Source: Sulfurifustaceae bacterium (lineage in GTDB: Bacteria > Pseudomonadota > Gammaproteobacteria > Acidiferrobacterales > Sulfurifustaceae). From it: a stretch of DNA of 26,678 nucleotides. Below are positions 25,191 to 26,678 of this stretch, piece after piece (within the stretch, counting starts at the first letter, position 1; each line of letters starts with the position of its first letter). The DNA lies in NCBI GenBank assembly GCA_041483795.1, contig JBGPGJ010000001.1:1-26678 (forward strand). The letters are read 5' to 3'. The notes beneath the pieces were generated by a model. It was not told the DNA's origin. It saw nothing but the letters and a program-made list of their open reading frames with translations, and did not search any database. A program made the translations under genes and the position numbers.

Positions 25191-26137
25191 TTCGGGCGCT
25201 TCACAAAGATGCTCATGACGCCGCCGGGAAAGCCCATGACCAGCGCCACCACGATGACGCCGAACCAGATGAGCCAGTATTCGGTGAAGCGGACGATGAT
25301 GTCCTTGATGATGAAAAAGAGAAACGCGCCGACGATCGGGCCTGCGAAAGTGTGGACGCCGCCCAAGAGGGTCGCCATCACCGGTTCGGCCGAGGTGCTC
25401 CAGTGCGCGATGGGCGGCGTGACCGTATTCTCGAGCGGCGGAAGCAGCGCTCCCGCCAACCCGGCATAGAGCCCGGCGATGGTGAACGCGACCAGGCGGT
25501 ACTTCCGCACCGGCACCCCGGCGAATTCGGCCCGCGTTTCGCTGTCCCGGATGGCCTGCAGCGTCAGCCCCAGCGGCGAGCGCACCAGCCGGTGCATGGC
25601 CGCGATCGCCGCGAGCGAGAGCACCAGGACCACGTAGTAGTAGCGCTCCATCGTCGCCACGCTGAGGCTCACGAGGCCCGGTATCTCCAGCGGCGCCCGG
25701 GGAATCCCGACCAGCCCGTCGTCGCCGCCGGTGAAATCGCGCCACTTCCAGGCGATGGAATAGATCATCATGCCGAACGCGAGCGTCAGCATCGAAAAGT
25801 AAATTCGCGTATGGCGCACCGAGAGCATTCCCAGAAGCAGCGCCGCCACACCCGCCAGGACAACGCCGCCAGCGATCCCGAGAAAGAGGTTGGGCACCGC
25901 GAGGAGGATCTTGGCGCAGCCGTAGGCGCCGATCGCGAAAAATCCGGCCTGGCCGAACGAGAGCAGGCCCGAGTAGCCGAACAGCAGATTGAAGCCGACC
26001 GAAAAAACCGCCAGGATCAGGATCTGGATCGCGAGGTAGATCGGATATCGTCCCGCTACCCAAGGCAGCAGAAACAGCGCGAGGACCAAGGCGACGAGCA
26101 GCAGCATCGCGAGACGGGAAGGCGGGTGGCCAGTCAC
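25187..26137 (-). CDS. livM: Liv-type ABC transporter permease, LivM-like (second operon)
   Basis: Contains 'FSVGFNLLFGYSGLLSFGQAGFF', 'YFSMLTLAF', 'AIRDSETRAEFAG' and 'LLGGVHTFAGPIVGA'. Confidence 0.92.
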   Translation of the reverse strand: MTGHPPSRLAMLLLVALVLALFLLPWVAGRYPIYLAIQILILAVFSVGFNLLFGYSGLLSFGQAGFFAIGAYGCAKILLAVPNLFLGIAGGVVLAGVAALLLGMLSVRHTRIYFSMLTLAFGMMIYSIAWKWRDFTGGDDGLVGIPRAPLEIPGLVSLSVATMERYYYVVLVLSLAAIAAMHRLVRSPLGLTLQAIRDSETRAEFAGVPVRKYRLVAFTIAGLYAGLAGALLPPLENTVTPPIAHWSTSAEPVMATLLGGVHTFAGPIVGAFLFFIIKDIIVRFTEYWLIWFGVIVVALVMGFPGGVMSIFVKRPK

Positions 26138-26146
26138 GGGCAGGGC

Positions 26147-26678
26147 TCAGCGCGCGAACAGCCCTTGCGGGCGAATGAGTAGGACCACTGCCATGATCAC
26201 GAAAATGAAGAAGAGCTCGAACACGGGGAAAAAGAGCGTCCCGTAGGCGCTCAGGACGCCGACGATGAGAGAGCTGACAAACGCGCCTTTGAGATTGCCC
26301 AGACCGCCGATGACCGTGATGATGAAGGCCTGGATGATCATCGCCGCTCCGATCCCGGGCGCCGCCACGCGCACCGGCGTCCCGATCGCCCCTCCCAGCG
26401 CGGCCAGCATCGAGCCGACGATGAACACTCCGGTGAAAACCCGCGGGACGTTGATGCCGATGGCGCTCGCCATTTCGCGGTCCGCGGCGGTCGCACGCAC
26501 GATCCTTCCCCACCACGTCTTCTCGAAGAGCACCCAGAGAACCACGGCGACGACGAGCCCCACCGCGATGACGAACGCGTTGTAGACCGGAAAGGTCCTG
26601 CCGAACACCGGCCAGGCGCCGTCGAGGAAGTCGGGCATCGGCGGGATCTTGAAGACCCCGCCCCAAATGATCTTGACC
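26147..26678 (-). CDS. livH: Liv-type ABC transporter permease, LivH-like (second operon; partial, runs off the right edge)
   Basis: The frame stays open to the window edge (VKIIWGGVFKIPPMPDF...). Contains 'TWWGRIVRATAADREMASAIGINV' and 'FIITVIGGLGNLKGA'. Confidence 0.9.
   Translation of the reverse strand, partial: VKIIWGGVFKIPPMPDFLDGAWPVFGRTFPVYNAFVIAVGLVVAVVLWVLFEKTWWGRIVRATAADREMASAIGINVPRVFTGVFIVGSMLAALGGAIGTPVRVAAPGIGAAMIIQAFIITVIGGLGNLKGAFVSSLIVGVLSAYGTLFFPVFELFFIFVIMAVVLLIRPQGLFAR

Noticed and set aside
24432-26666. 744-aa minus-strand ORF spanning livH, livM and livG, resembling a giant fusion or overprinted gene
   Set aside because: Only the last 252 codons are LivG. Upstream, the frame's first codon position coincides with the third position of LivM codons, which are rarely T in this GC3-rich DNA, so stops are depleted. 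The translation is Arg/Gly/Pro-rich noise.
1-26678. CRISPR arrays, tRNA/rRNA, IS elements, integrase, prophage or defence genes
   Set aside because: I saw no regularly spaced repeats, structural-RNA signatures, transposase or integrase motifs, or phage/defence-like ORFs. The many remaining antisense ORFs are shadows of the real GC-rich genes.

Overview
A GC-rich proteobacterial chromosomal segment (probably Betaproteobacteria-like; inference). The left ~2.5 kb holds housekeeping genes: the 3' end of a Uup-type ABC-F ATPase, a YgjP/M48-like HExxH protein, two hypotheticals and msrA. From 2.9 to 23.1 kb lies a divergent acyl-CoA catabolic cluster. Its minus arm encodes a DmdB-like acyl-CoA ligase and a PimC/PimD-like acyl-CoA dehydrogenase pair. 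Its plus arm encodes a Liv-type ABC importer, a PimF/FadB-like hydratase-dehydrogenase, an HD-domain protein, a thiolase, an SDR, a PaaI thioesterase, an NADP-dependent MDR reductase, an APH-family kinase, an ACAD10/11-type dehydrogenase and a second acyl-CoA ligase. A ~600 bp junction with gene debris is followed by a second, more GC-rich Liv-type operon on the minus strand that runs off the window. I found no rRNA, tRNA, CRISPR array, transposase or transcriptional regulator. The best leads are: (1) a split ACAD10/11 (LvaA/LvaC-like) kinase plus dehydrogenase module suggesting 4-hydroxy/4-oxo-acid catabolism; (2) a PhnZ-like diiron HD protein embedded in a beta-oxidation operon; (3) a LivF with a Walker A Lys-to-Arg substitution; (4) two gene remnants absent from the ORF track. 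I cannot show that any of this is a truly undescribed system; much of it is probably conserved in relatives.
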